A stretch of DNA of 64,000 nt from Octopus vulgaris (GCA_951406725.2 OX597819.1:132742001-132806000), one strand, 5' to 3'; shown: positions 40,244-54,847, counted from the stretch's first letter. Program-made: numbers and translations. The notes: generated by a model from the sequence alone, not told the origin.

Positions 40244-42427
40244 TACACTTTATTTCTTCGAACATGTAACCCAAAACTCTTATTAATGCCTGTTACTATA
40301 CCATAATAAAAATTCTTTTAAAAACGTTTTTTTATCTATATTCCACGATAATTTTTATCTATATTCTATTATTACTATGTTTATATATCTATATACCTAT
40401 GTATATTTTTAGTATTCATATATTTTTATATTTCTATATATTTATTTATATCTCTAATATATCAATATATATTTCAATTCGGACAATCCTTATCTTATTT
40501 TAACTAAACCCGTAGACGTATGTGTTAATCGTAGTCTATCTGATTTGAACTTTTTCCATTCTATCCACTATACTTATCCAACGTTTCAGGTTCGACTTGA
40601 GCACTTCTACGCTATGTGTTTCGTAAGAAAATCATATATATATATATGGTATATGGGGAGAGAGAGGTGATATGTGTGTGTGAGTTATCAAAACATATAT
40701 ACACACACACACATATATGTTTATACTCACGCTCATACAGATCTCTCTCTCTCTCTCTTTCTCCCTATATAAGATATGTATGAGTTATCAAAACACTGCT
40801 TTAAAGTGTGATATGGTATCTTCTCAACATGATACCGGGAAATTTACAGCGGGAAACGAAAAGTATTGGCAACGTCGTTGGCATTCCATTGACCTGCATG
40901 CAAGAGATCTAAGAGAAACATTGTGAAGAAACATGGCTGGAAGGAAATATCCGTCTAATAATTCTTATACTTTCTCCTGTGCCAAGCCTAGCTTTTATCT
41001 TCCTAAAATTTCATTTGAACAAAATTCTATTTGACATGTGTGTAAACGCCATTTAGAGATATCCATGAGTGGTCCAAAGGTCATGGGCAAATTCACCAAA
41101 GGTATGTTGTCTTGTTTCCCTCATCTTCTGAAGATCACCTGGGAACAATCTACAGAGGGCAACTGTTTCTCAATATTGTCGATCCACCTGATATTTGATC
41201 CAAACTTTCAACACAGTTTGCTCTTGTTTGCAATTCTCTTCATAAAATATGAAAGCCACACAATCTCGTTGCCTCCTACAATATACATACATATTCAGAC
41301 AGACAGACAGACAGACACACACACATATACACACACATACATGTTTGTATGTATACGTGGACATAATGATAAAAATCGATACTCATAAATCACTTTGATA
41401 GATCTGCTAGACTCGTGTACTAAATCACGATTTATAAATAACTTTGAATAGAAATACACAAACTTGTCGATATTTCTGGGGAGAATGTTTCGAAAATGAA
41501 GGAAATTAGAAATCTATTTCTGATATAAAACACGACGAAAATATATTTATTATAAATCGATTGAAAGAAAATGAGAAACTGCGAGAGCCACAGTGGTTCA
41601 TTTAGAACAATTATTTAGCAAAAATGACCTAAATCGACCAATCATCTCTTCAAAACAGAATGGTCTTAGCTTTCAATTGTGTTTGTGGGCGGGAGTTGGG
41701 TGTTGAAGAGAAGTGTAAGAAATAATAACGATAAGAGAATGGTTTGAATTGCAAGGTCAAAGAACATGACTAAAGATCATTGCGGAAATGAAAAATAAAG
41801 GAAAATCTTTTTAATTGGCCAATTAGGAGAGCCCTAACTGCGATCCTATCACTGATTAATTGAAAGTGGTGTGCCATCCGGAGATGTTAGATTCTAGAGA
41901 TATTTTTTTAAATGGATGAACGAAATATTTGTATCCAGGTGCGTCAGGTGAGCAGGGGATGTGGCAGCTTGGAATCGTTTGAGGATTTAAAAATCATTAC
42001 AGTGTACATTGATAAAGCTTGCGAAGAAGAATTACTACCGTATTGCGAATGATATCATGTGATTAAGGGCAAAGAATATTGATCTTTTATTGCGAAAACG
42101 TGAGATTAAAATACGAAAGTATTTCGTACGAATAATTACTGTTTCCAGAGGTTCCTTATCGATAAGCAGAGCATCGTTTAATGCGAGTTGTGGCTTGTGG
42201 AGACTTCAAAAGTTTTATAGTATTCACAATACTGGCAACAGTTTTAGACATCTTCTGATGTGGGCTTAATGTCCCAAGGCGCGAAGGAATTTTAACAAAT
42301 AGAGTTACATCAACAGTCTAATATAAATCTTTAGTTTGTTACAATGCTGAAAATGAAAGCGGAAGTAACAACAACAACAACAACAATAGTAATGATGATG
42401 ATGATGATAATGATGATGATGATGATG

Positions 42428-42467
<40 letters not shown>

Positions 42468-43393
42468 TAATAAAAAGGTGGGCACTTTTGGCAGTGACTG
42501 TTATATGAATTCTAATCGAATGATTTTATAGTTAATTGTAGTAGCCAAGTCCCTGGTGAGGTCTTGTTAAATAAACTTAATATTAAACGCTCCATCCGTG
42601 AGCATCTTGTCTGCGTATATATTTAGACAGCATCATTGGTTCGTTGAGCGAGATGTCCTAACACATTTATCTTGGTGTATTTCCGTCTATGTTGAAATTC
42701 TACCGAAGAAAGCTTTATCTTTTATCCTTTCGAGGTTGATAAATAAATTACCGGTTAGGAGAGTGTTTCGTTGAAATCGAGATGCCTGAGTTCAAATCCC
42801 ACCGTGGCCTACATCGAGATTAGATTCAATCTTTAACGAAGTCCATTTTGTGGCAGGTACTCGGACTAGGTCTTACTAAAACCAGTCACAGACATTGCCG
42901 TACCCACATCCAATCAAATGCTACAATAAAATATTACCAATTGAGTTCTGCCGCTTTAAATCGCTAGGATATCGTTCGAGAGAGATTCAGTCACTATTCC
43001 GTCTAGGTGGACGGCCACGTAAGGCTTCTGGTTCCTTCTGGTAGGGTGAAAGCTTGTGCAAAATACGGAATGTAAGGAAACTGGTGACGGTCTGCGACAG
43101 AAACAGTTGATCCTTCTCTAAAGTTTATAGATTTCGTGAAGAATGAACAAAGAGGGAAGAATTTCAAATTTCTAAATGTCGCCCTGCTCCTTTGTGATGA
43201 AATACAAAGGACAGTAAGGTTACAATTGTGACTGATCAGGGCGATTGATCTGATCGGAGACTGGTATTGAGAGAAATGATTTATTGGTATTGATTATAGC
43301 AAAAGAGATGATCCTCATGGACGATTCAAGCCGATGTTGGCAATAAGTATGGATATTGTGTTTAGAGGGAGGTGAGGCATCCACAGAAACAAT

Positions 43394-43456
<63 letters not shown>
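43394..43456 (+). repeat. (ACT)n microsatellite
   Basis: Direct reading. Confidence 0.95.
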
Positions 43457-43467
43457 AAACTACTGGT

Positions 43468-43678
43468 CTCAGATTTTGGTACAAGGCCAGCAATTTTTGG
43501 GAGGAAGCAAATCGATTACATCGATCCCCAGTGCTCAGTTGGTATCCATTTTATCGACCCCGAAAGAGTGAAAGGCAAAATCGACCTCGGCGGAATTTGA
43601 AGTCAGAATGTAAAGACGGACGAAATGCCGCTAAGCATTTTCCCTGGACTGCTAACGATTCTGTCAGCCCGTTGCTGT
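43468..43678 (-). mobile_element. SINE (12989 family)
   Basis: tttatcgaccccgaaag..tgaaaggcaaaatcgacctcggcggaatttgaa is the reverse complement of the core. Confidence 0.8.
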
Positions 43679-43788
43679 AATAATGGAAAGAATGATAATA
43701 ATAATAATACTAATAATAATTATAATAATAATAATAATGATAATGATAATAATAATAATGATAATGATGATGATGATGATGACGACGT

Positions 43789-43848
<60 letters not shown>

Positions 43849-43864
43849 TAATAATAATAATAAG

Positions 43865-44250
43865 TGATACCTGTAGTGATCAGAGCGTTGGTCTCAATCC
43901 ATTTGAAACTTCAAGACTTCTGAAGGCAACTGGAAATCCCATGCCAGATTGATGTCTTGTCAAAAGCAACCTTATTGGGCACAGCGCCCATCTTAAGGAA
44001 GGTATTATCTGTCTGAGGTCCTTGTTGTGACTTGACAGATGACTAAAGATACCGGTCCGGTTTTACCTACACTGTGTTACGAAGGAATAATAATAATAAG
44101 AGCACCGAAGGCCAAATATTGCAACCTTTAGGAGGGACAAACAAGAGTGCCTAATAATCGACATAGCAGTGCCAGGATATCAACACATCATCATGAAAGA
44201 AAGAGAAAAGGTTGATAAATATGGAGACCTGAGAATTGAGATTAACGATT
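43865..44250 (+). mobile_element. Two RLE LINE 3' fragments separated by (AAT)n
   Basis: KATLLGTAPILRKVLSV* plus 3' UTR ending in aataataat; then RRPNI...LIIDIAVPG..KVDKYGDL. Confidence 0.75.
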
Positions 44251-44802
44251 AACATCTGGCGTAGTACAACTGTCACACGGCCGAGCCGTCGGGTACTAAA
44301 CCGGCATCCCCACTAAGTTTGCTTGGTGAGGAGGGTGGATTTTGGACACCTTGAGGGATAAAAAATAAAACCAAGCGAAGGGCAGAGAAACTGAGGAGAG
44401 TCAATGGTCATTCCACAAACAGGTAGACGGAACTCGTTAGCCTTGGTCGGCAGTCTGTCTTGGAGAAGGAAAACTCTGATTTAAAAACTGGGGTAGATAG
44501 GACCCCTTGGCCACGTTGGTGACAACCTGGCATGAAAGCGAATGAATCAAGAATTGGGACCTAACTCCAGAGCGGTGTTTTGATGAAGATATGGGACTAA
44601 CTGAAGTTCACCTCTCTCCTAGTGAGAATTATGATCTTGGTCTCCAACACTCAGAAATACGAATTGGGACAGTACCAACTTATGGGTAGTAAGAGCTCTG
44701 CAGCCTTGGTTGACAATCTTACTAGAGATGGTGTCTCGATAAAAATCCTGGTTGGTGGCTAACCTTGAAACAACCCTCAATGTTGAGTGATAATGTTTAA
44801 TA

Positions 44803-46628
44803 CAGGGGTCACCAAACATTTTTCACAGCGAGCCAGATAACTGAGAGAAGGACGAGTGCGGGTCGTACAACCATTTTGTTCAATACAATACAGTGAATAC
44901 ACACAAAAAAAAATAAAGACAGCCAATATATTTATTTACCAAAAGTTATCAAAGAAGGTGACATTAGCAATAAAATAGTTATTTGACACCCAGTGTGCAT
45001 ATATTTGAATCTCACAAAATAAACAGCAAAAAAGGTTTGTGAGATTTGTGAAACTGGTGTTTAGCGTTTGAAGATATCATCAGTATTTGCTTTGGAATTG
45101 CTGCATTCAACCAAGAGAATTGCTTTCAAATGTTCATCAGTCAACCTCGTTCGATATGCTAGCTTTACATTTATCATTTTTCAAAATGTTTGTTCTCAGA
45201 CATGAATTGTTCCAAACACTGATGCCATACCAGAGACAAATTTCTTCATCTTTGAAAACTCATCATCTGGGAAGCTGCGATAGAATTCAACAAGCTGTCC
45301 TTCTCTGTGCTTCTTTTTCAATAAGTCATTTTCTTGCAAATCAATTAACACCGACCGTAGTTCGACTGGAAAGTCATCAAACTTACAATCAAACGGATTC
45401 TGGAAGAGAAGAACACCAGACTCAATTCTGTCGAAATCTGAAAATCTCTCCAAATTTTTTTGGGAAACTCGAGGTTGACATCTATTGCGATTCCAGCGCG
45501 AAACTCTTTGAAGCACTGAAGATGAGAAAAGCTTCCTCCTTCCAGTTGTGCTTAAAACAATGACAGATTTCTCCGAAATCCTTTGATGATTCTGTGGAGA
45601 TCACAGATGAGGTTATCCTGTCCCTGAAGTTTCCAGTTCAATTCATTCATGTGGAATGTGATGTCAACCAAAAATGACAACTTTGCCAGCCAGGTAGGAC
45701 CTGACAGAAGTAGATCAGCTCTATTCATTTTCGCAGAGAAAAATATCTATTTCTCTTCGGAGCTTATAAAAACGAAACAAGACTTTACTACAGCTAGGCC
45801 ACCTCACTGCTGTGTGATAAGCAAGTCACAGAATTCAGAATCCATTTCTTCAAGAAAAGCCTGGAACTGGCTGTGATTAAGTGCCTGACTCCGAATGAAG
45901 TTCGCCGCAGAAACGACTAGTTTCAGTACGCAAGAAATATCTAAGTTTTTCCCACAGAGCACTTGCTGATGTATAATGCAGTGTGTGAACAGAGCGCCCA
46001 GGCGTTGAAGATCCTGATCTGCCCCATCAGACTATTCCTCAGTCCAGCCATGTTTTTTACTCCATCAACATCGAAACTGTTTTCCCTGAAGTTATAGGCT
46101 TGCAAAGTTTTCTGCATTTCTTCAGTTGTTGTTCCGTGTATGATGCAAACGGATGCCAACTCTTCTGTGATCTGAAAGTTCAAGTTAATACCACGAAGTT
46201 GTGACGTAGTTGAGAGATCAGTAGACTCATCCAACGCCACAAGAAGTTCCTAACTTTCTCGCGTATTTGAAGCACTATGTTCTGTTCTCTGCACAACTGA
46301 ACTTGCTGGATGGCAGATGCTCCCAAACAAATCGGCTTTCCCAGGACACAAGTCCTGGGAAAGCCGATTTGCTACTTCTATCATACAATCTTTGATGAAG
46401 TTTCCGTCAGTAAACGATTTTCCTTGCTCTGCCATCTTTTGCACTATTTTGTAACGTGTACAAGTGATAGAATTTATTTTCAGCAAACATTCTCGTTAAA
46501 TACGGCAATACAAGTTAAATCACGGCCGCTACATGAATGAGCTCTCAATGCAGGTACTTACACAGAACGCCAAATGCAACGGCGGGCCGGATGAACTGAG
46601 CTCGTGGACTGTAGTTTGGTGACCCCTG
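44803..46628 (-). mobile_element. hAT (Charlie/SPIN-like) DNA transposon, 1826 bp
   Basis: Perfect 15-bp TIRs CAGGGGTCACCAAAC; 8-bp TSD gtttaata / gtctaata (7 of 8 match). Confidence 0.95.
45080..46490 (-). pseudogene. hAT transposase pseudogene (GTF2IRD2-like family)
   Basis: GKSFTDGNFIKDC, ALDESTD, HCIIHQQVLC, LSFLVDIT..MNELN.KLQG, SVFGT..EQTF; frameshifts and deletions. Confidence 0.9.
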
Positions 46629-47102
46629 GTCTAATACAAATGTATCAAATAAGGGTGTCAATGAGACTGGAACCAAAGGTGAAAGCCTTTCGCCCGCCAG
46701 GTGTCCCGCAGTCGAGCAGCGCAGGCCTGGTCATCATCCAGAGACTGCTTATACACAAAGTCAGAGGCAGAGGAGGAGAAGGTGGGATGAGGAGTCAAAC
46801 GGAACGGTAATTAAATGATGGACCAGAAGAGAGCCGACTTGAAGGGGATTACGACAACACCTGGAAGCAAAATAGAAAGAAATAGAACTCTTCGAGATAA
46901 GTGAGCAGCGGTTAGCCGACCAAGCAAGGGCAATAAGGAAAAAAAAAAGGGTTGTTAACAGACATGGAAATTGAAAGGTTGAAAAGGAAAATAGAAAAAA
47001 GTAATAATACATCGCCAGCAGATAACGTGTGTAGCGAGGACAGAGAAATGAATGGCGACATTTATCAGGTGACTTTGTAAATGGAAAATGTGGTTGTCTT
47101 TA

Positions 47103-47400
47103 TTCTAATGGCCTACCAATGTATACTGAGTTTCTATGCTCTAGGTGTCGGGAAGATACCATAGGTCTCCAAATGTACATCCAAAATAACACGGTCTGGA
47201 TGTTACAACTGCCGGTGAGACAACATGAACAGTGTAAGAAACTGCACTCAATCTCTGGGAAATCAACAATCTACGAGACTTTAAAAATCGTGTTGACATC
47301 AACCGCCTACATTCTCCGGCGGTTTCTCTCCATCTAATATTTAAGTCTCTAGTTGAGACTCGGTCGGAAGAGGAGATAAAATGCAAATCAATCAGAAAAT
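47103..47400 (+). mobile_element. RLE LINE 3' fragments
   Basis: 47105-47160 matches the family B 3' UTR; LKIVLTSTAYILRRFLSI* is an RLE C-terminus. Confidence 0.7.
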
Positions 47401-47840
47401 AATGACAACAACAACAACAACATTTATTTCTAATTTAGGTACAAGTCACAAAATTTTGATTAGAAAGGATTAGTCGGTTAGATCGATTCGAGGACTCGTC
47501 TGCTATTTTATTCCATTGACTCCGGAAGGATGTAACGAGGTGGAGGAAATACGGTCAGACATATTTGTAATGCTTTGGCGATTCTGCCAACGTAACAATA
47601 AACGATCTGCTTTGGTTAAATATTTTCGGAGACAAAAGAATTCAGTAAGGTTTGCTTGTTATAGGACTTTGAAGTAACGTAAATGTAATCATCCGTCAGT
47701 TCCTCGCATAAATAGTTTGTCAAATATATTCACTATTAATTTTATAACCGATGCGTCTCTCTCTCTCTCTCTCCCCAACACACACACACACACATGTTTG
47801 TTTCTGAACGTATCTATACACGTATTTTCACGAGAATATG

Positions 47841-47889
<49 letters not shown>

Positions 47890-48142
47890 GTGGAAAAATA
47901 GTCCCGATAGAAAATGCTAAAATAATTTTATAAAAAACATTTCAGTGCCGGTTTCAGTCATTGAGACTTTTCCAACTGTAAGTATGGAAAACAATTGAAT
48001 TTGGAAAAATTAAAAGGAAAGTTTTTTTAAAAGAATATTTGCATAGTATTAAAACGAAAGGGGCATTTTTTCTTGTTTCTGCCTGTCTCTGTCTCTCTTG
48101 TTTACTCTTGTGGGTTCGAGGTCATTGTGAATTCTTGGTAGG
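47890..48142 (-). mobile_element. pLTR-like repeat with variant hammerhead motif at 47943-47978, next to (GAA)n
   Basis: Reverse complement of 8281-8530; cag-TTGGAAA-agtc-tcaat-gact-GAAA-ccgg-CA-ctg. Confidence 0.6.
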
Positions 48143-48158
48143 GAAGAAGAAGAAGAAG

Positions 48159-48190
<32 letters not shown>

Positions 48191-48370
48191 GAAGAAGAAG
48201 TAGAAAAAGAAGAAGAAGAAGAAGAAGAAGAAGGAGGAGAAGTAGAAGAAGAAGTAGAAAAAGAAGAAGAAGAAGAAGAATAAGGAGAAGAAGTAGAAAA
48301 AGAAGAAGAAGAAGAAGAAGAAGAAGAAGAAGAAGAAGAAGAAGAAGAAGAAGAAGAAGAAGAAGAAGAA
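48143..48370 (+). repeat. (GAA)n microsatellite
   Basis: Direct reading. Confidence 0.95.
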
Positions 48371-49112
48371 GGATGTAGGAGTACCATGATTAGTATGTTG
48401 AATGATCAGCCCCGAATGTGATCCGCTGTGGATGGTAGTAGTAACTGTTCAACTCATGAAACATCTCTTTTGAATGTTTTGGTTATAAAATTTGCGTAGG
48501 CGTTATTCTAAATCACAAAGGAAACTGATATATATATATATCTATAAATAAATATATATATATATCAGTTTCCTTTGTGGTTGTGTGTATCGATAAATCA
48601 AGTTTTCCTGTGTGTCATTTGTTCTTGAATTTTTTCCGCCTCCACATTTCCATGTCTGTTCACATTAATACAATTAGTGCAAACTTTGGAGCTTTTTGTT
48701 TTCAAAGAAAAGATTATCCTCCAAGAACCCGATTTACAAAAGCCAAAGAACGTCTGCACCTTTCAAACTGAAAAAACTTTTTATGGAGTGGCATTCATGA
48801 AACGGCAACAGTTGCGCAAGATTCTGTGTGAAGGAAATCGACAGGAAAGCGAGTCTAACATGGAAACGTATCATACAATCTATAAGAAGAGGTGGATATA
48901 AACAGATCGATAAATGAATATTAGGTATTGTCATTGTGGTTATATGAATACAACAGCAGCAAAATGAACGGAATAAACCTTTTTAAACAGACTCTCTGTA
49001 TTCTAGAATGTTTTCGGAATATAATGTATTGCGGAAGTGTAATAGGAATGTATTTGAGTCCACTTTATAGAACTGATTACACACGCCAACAACTGTGTTA
49101 TACACGCATGCG

Positions 49113-49177
<65 letters not shown>

Positions 49178-49982
49178 ACATACACACACACACACTCATC
49201 ATGTTCTATAGGGACAAAATCTCAGGTTGATGGTTTTACGTTAGAAATGAAAGGAGAACTGATATGGCTGTTGTGTATGAAAAGATGCGCTTCCGAAGTT
49301 TCTGAGATAAGCAGGATCATCGAGAACTTACTGATGCAAAATCCAGCCAGTAATTCTACGAACTACAGCGATAGTATTGTGCTTTCATTTATATCATAAT
49401 CAAATAGAATTAGAATATTTACACAAAGGGAAAGAGATTAGAAGATTTTTAAGTAAATATGATTAAAGTAAATCATTCGTATTTTTAAGCGGGTAGAATT
49501 ATTCAAAATAAAAGGTTGTGCATCATTTGAAGTCGTGAAGAAAGGCCAACGATAAGAGGCACCGAGAATCAGAAAGATTAACCAACTGAACGAGATAATA
49601 AAGTACCAGGTAGGTTGAAAAGTTGCAGTATCTTACGTTGCCGAGCCTTATCTACGGTGCATATTCTGAAGATAAATATTTATATTTAGAACTGGTGAAA
49701 TAATAAATGTGCCAAGCAAACTGTATCTGGATGAAACTGCGCCAATATTTGCAGATGTTCACAGACCTTGGTGGGAATCTCGATGTTACACTGGCAGACA
49801 TGTTTGTAAAAACAGCGGAAACAAATGAAGAAATCAGTTAAGCTTTACATTTAGACGACGTTTCAATCCACTTGGCATTTGATCATTATCAGGTAAGTTA
49901 TTTCTAAAAGTTTACCACAAGTTATTACTGGAAGGAACACCACTAGAAACGTTTATTTCTAAACTAACAATAACAATAATAA

Positions 49983-50404
49983 TTTCAAATTTTGGTACAT
50001 GGCCAGCAATTTGAGGGGGGGGGGGGTAAATCGATTACATTTACCCCAGTGCATAACTGGTATTTATTTTATCGACTCCGAAAGGATGAAAAGCAAAGTC
50101 GACCTCGGAGGAATTTGAACTCAGAACATAGAGACACGAAATGCCGCTAAGTATTTTGCCCGGCGTGTTAACGTTTCTGCCAGCTTGCTGCCTCGTCAAT
50201 GATGATGATAATCCTTTCTAATATAGGCACAAGGCCTGAAAGTTCGAGGGAGGAGTGTAGTCGAACACATCGACCCCAGTACTTGACTGGTACTTAATAG
50301 ATCGACCTCGAAAAGATGAAAAGCAAAGTCGACCTCAGCGGAATTTGAACGTAGAATGTAACATTTCGTCCGGTGTGCTAACGATTCTGACGGCTCGCCG
50401 CCTT
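49983..50404 (-). mobile_element. Two tandem SINEs (12989 family)
   Basis: Core gaaaggatgaaaagcaaagtcgacctc appears at ~50080 and ~50310; short AAT/GAT spacers. Confidence 0.8.
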
Positions 50405-52669
50405 GTCAATAATAATAATAATTATTTTGTTTTGTATTTGCAAGATTTTAGATGTGAAATTGTCTGTTGAATGAGATATTGTTATAGTTCAAGAGAGCCA
50501 TTTTGCCAAAATAAAACCACGGACTGGTTATAGTTCACTTCTTTATTGTTCGCCAATCCATTGATTACTGATTTGTTTCGGTTGTCAAAAGACTTTTTCG
50601 TTACATATACGAATGGCTATCTCCACCGGTTGCCATTTTGTAACTGACTTTCTTTTTGATGTTCTTTCTAATTTGCTAAGCTTCATTTTGTTGCCAAACA
50701 TGTATGTGTGTGTGTGTGTTGTGCAGCTATTGTGTGCGTACGTGTGTGTGAATGTGTTTATAGTATGTGTGCGCATGCGTGTGTTATTGGTGTTGCTGAA
50801 TGTGTTTAGGTGTGTATTTATGTGTGTTGGGTTTACTTTTTATTGTTTATGCCTAATTTCTCTTTTTCTATTTTAATTTCACACTTTACTGACTTCCTAT
50901 TATTGATTTGCAGTTTGTTATGAAATAGATTCGTTTTTCTCGACACCAGGCATTCTTAACTTCTTGGCTAGATTTTGCGAGAATTCTTTTTATATTAATT
51001 TTGCAAGAGTTTTTGATGTGAAAGCCTCTCTTCTAATTGATATTGTAATACATTTGAAAGGTCAGTTTGCCATTAAAGATATAGACACGATATAAAAATG
51101 GTTCCTTTCTTTATTGTCAAGTAATCTAGTAATTATTAATTTATTCGTTTGGTTTATCAAAAAACTGTTTTCATCACACTTCTCTTTGACCTTCTAAATA
51201 AGCAGCCATTCTCCAATTGACTAGGGACCTGCATCATTATGGCTGCAATTTTAGATTATTTAAATCTGTCATATCCTAATGGTAGTCATACCGAGCTGAT
51301 GGCCATGCTGTGATTATAAGCTGGCTCACCATCAGCCAGTTTTATAGGACTTGGCTTTTTGATTTTCTTTCTTCTGTTTCTACGTAGTTATTATACTTTT
51401 TCTTTCTATTTCGTTCTGTTGCAGGGTAAAATGTTTTTCTCGCTTCATATATTTTCCAGCCATTTCCCTGAATTCTATTCTAAAGTCTGTTAGCCTTTCA
51501 GTTTCTTCTTCATAAGTACTTCAAATATAGATGCAGTTCTTGGGAAGGTTAATCTCTGGCGAGAATTCTTGGTGTTAGGTAAAAGCATTTGTGACGTCAT
51601 TTGTTTTGCAGTTTCTGAGAATTTACTAAAACAAAGCTTTGAAATAAGTTCGAACCAAAATAAAGTTTGCTTTAACAATTGTTTTTTTCTTTCTGGAAAA
51701 TAACTGTGAAATCTATATTATCGGTGGAATGTCCTGCATGCTGACCCCGAGTATTGAGTAGAAGCTATATCGGTTCACAATAAGTTTCGATCATATCAAT
51801 AACAACCTGTTAAATGGTGAGCCATATTGTCGTGAATCTTTATAGAATGGAAGTTGTCTGAGACCGAATGGTAGTAGATTAGAATCCTATCAATAGATAA
51901 ACATACCAGCTACTGACATCATGGAGATACAAGAGGCCGTCTTTAAAAAAGGGTAATGTTCAACATAAAATAAATTTACCACCAAATGGAACCTATTGTC
52001 GTGTTATCACCATTATGTTTAATTCGTACATAGAATTTATCTGCATAAAGCATAGATATTAATCACGATGAGTTATCACATAAATGCGTTATATCCTTCA
52101 CAGTTTTTCAGTTGAAGAAAAAGCTTTTGGGATGAGAAGCCATCTACGAATAAAAAAGTATTTACCATAGCAAGGAAAATAAATAAAATAATAATTGGTA
52201 TGAAATCATAAGTTTGTCAACGAAGTATTACAGAAATCTGACGTGAAGCAAACTATAACTGGTCTATATTTGCTGGCGTTTGGAGAGATGAAAAATAAAT
52301 CAACTGCAGCGGAGTCTGGACAGAGATAAAAGAAATGATGTAAATTAAGATGCCACTCAAGTCAACGGAAAACTGTTTTCTTCCAATTAAAATCGTTATT
52401 TTCTGTCAAAATATTTGAATCGTATATCATTCAGAAACAATAAACAATAACATATTTCGGGCCTTGTTGCAAGTCTTCCGGACTATGAGGCGATCATATT
52501 TTTTTCCGGTTCGCTTTCTCTATATGCAAAGTAACCGATTTCTGACTGTTTCTTACATTTCAAGTGTAATAATGCCGACTGATAAACTTTTGTTATGTGG
52601 TAAGTTATGTCTATAACAGAAACTTTTAACCCCAATTTTGATGCAAACACCCTGGCACGTAAACCCAGA

Positions 52670-52787
<118 letters not shown>

Positions 52788-52903
52788 CCTTGTAGTATGC
52801 CGATCAAAGCGCTTTCACTGTTTACGGCTACCTGATGTCATCAACAGAATGGATATAAATGCCACTGTGTCTATCCCAGGAATTCTTCAGTGTCCATCAA
52901 GTA

Positions 52904-53487
<584 letters not shown>

Positions 53488-54302
53488 CTACAGTGCAGTA
53501 TAATGTGATAAAAAGTAGAATGAAGGGTGCTAATTAATGTTCGTAAAAGTTCTGCTGACACTCTTTTGTAGTGATTTCATAATCAGGAAACAGAACAGAT
53601 TCGTTTATATTTTATTGTTGTCTCACTTCAAGCAACAGAAGTTAGAAGAACTTTTGAACAAAGATAAACGTTGGCATTGACTGAGAAGTTATTCTCACTG
53701 GTAACAGTGATCGAAGTTGGCTTTTATACTAGGCGTGTGTGTACCAAAATGACTTCGGCCAGCAAGAAAGCAGATGTACAGAGGAATAGGAAAATGAGGC
53801 ACTTAAAGATTTCCAAACAGCTTCAGATGTAAATGAAAGAAAATGGCTACTACAAGTAATGAGTATTATCTCATATAGAAGTAGTGTGATTGTGGAATTA
53901 CTTGAATATCTCTGTTGAATCACTGGGGTACCTCTAAATATCCAGTCACGTGTTTTCTATGGACAAATAAATATCCCGGTGCCGTCTCTCCTTGCTCCAT
54001 CGTTATATTGCGAAATATCTACTAGAAGATTCTAGTGAATACCTTATAACAAAGGAGCCGCCTACTACGTCCACCTGCGTCAGAACTAACTAAACGCTGA
54101 GACGATATTCCAGTGGAAACTGACGAAATACGAATCAATAAGTTTTCGGCTGCTGCCTTCTCGGTTCCTATGGAATTCTTGTCGATTGCTTCATTAAATC
54201 ATCTTTTCAATACATTATGAAAATTGTTAAATATCAATATGAATATCGATGTGTGCGTGTATATATATATATGCACACGCAAACATACTCACATGTATAT
54301 AT

Positions 54303-54520
54303 CTTTTACATGTTTCAATCATTAGACGGCGGCCATACTGGGGCACTGCTTTGAGAAATTCTTTGTCGAATGAATCAATCCCACTACTTCTTTGTTAAGC
54401 CTGGTACTTATTGTATTGTTCTCTCTTGCTGAACCGCTAAGTAATGGGGATAAAAAAAAAACACCAACACCATTTATCGAGCGATGTGTTTGGGAAGAGA
54501 AACCACAGGCACAAAGACAC
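54303..54520 (-). mobile_element. SINE 3' half
   Basis: Reverse complement of the 7262-7475 type tail. Confidence 0.7.
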
Positions 54521-54662
54521 CCCTCCACACAGACGTACGCACACATACACACAGGTACACACACACATGCACTCAATGATATAAATATATGCGTATATAT
54601 GAATATATATATATACATGTATATGTATACATACATATATACATATACATACATATATGTGC

Positions 54663-54712
<50 letters not shown>

Positions 54713-54807
54713 TGATTCTTCTTATGTCAATATTTCTGAAATCAACAATCTATCTATATATCTACTTGTATCACTGCATACAAATGAACACGGCACAATT
54801 ATGTATG

Positions 54808-54847
<40 letters not shown>

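Larger units (their letters stand above)
44250..47060 (+). mobile_element. 5' part of an R4/Dong-like LINE interrupted by a hAT element
   Basis: 46690-46980 encodes RPPGVPQ/GHHP..RRW..ISEQRLADQARAIRK, resembling the N-terminus at 59940-60390 on the - strand; linkage of 44250-44800 is inferred. Confidence 0.55.

Noticed and set aside
40507-40530. miR-100-like start (aacccgtaga); likewise miR-71-like tgaaagacat near 16266
   Set aside because: Only about 10 nt match, the 3' part diverges and no precursor hairpin is evident.
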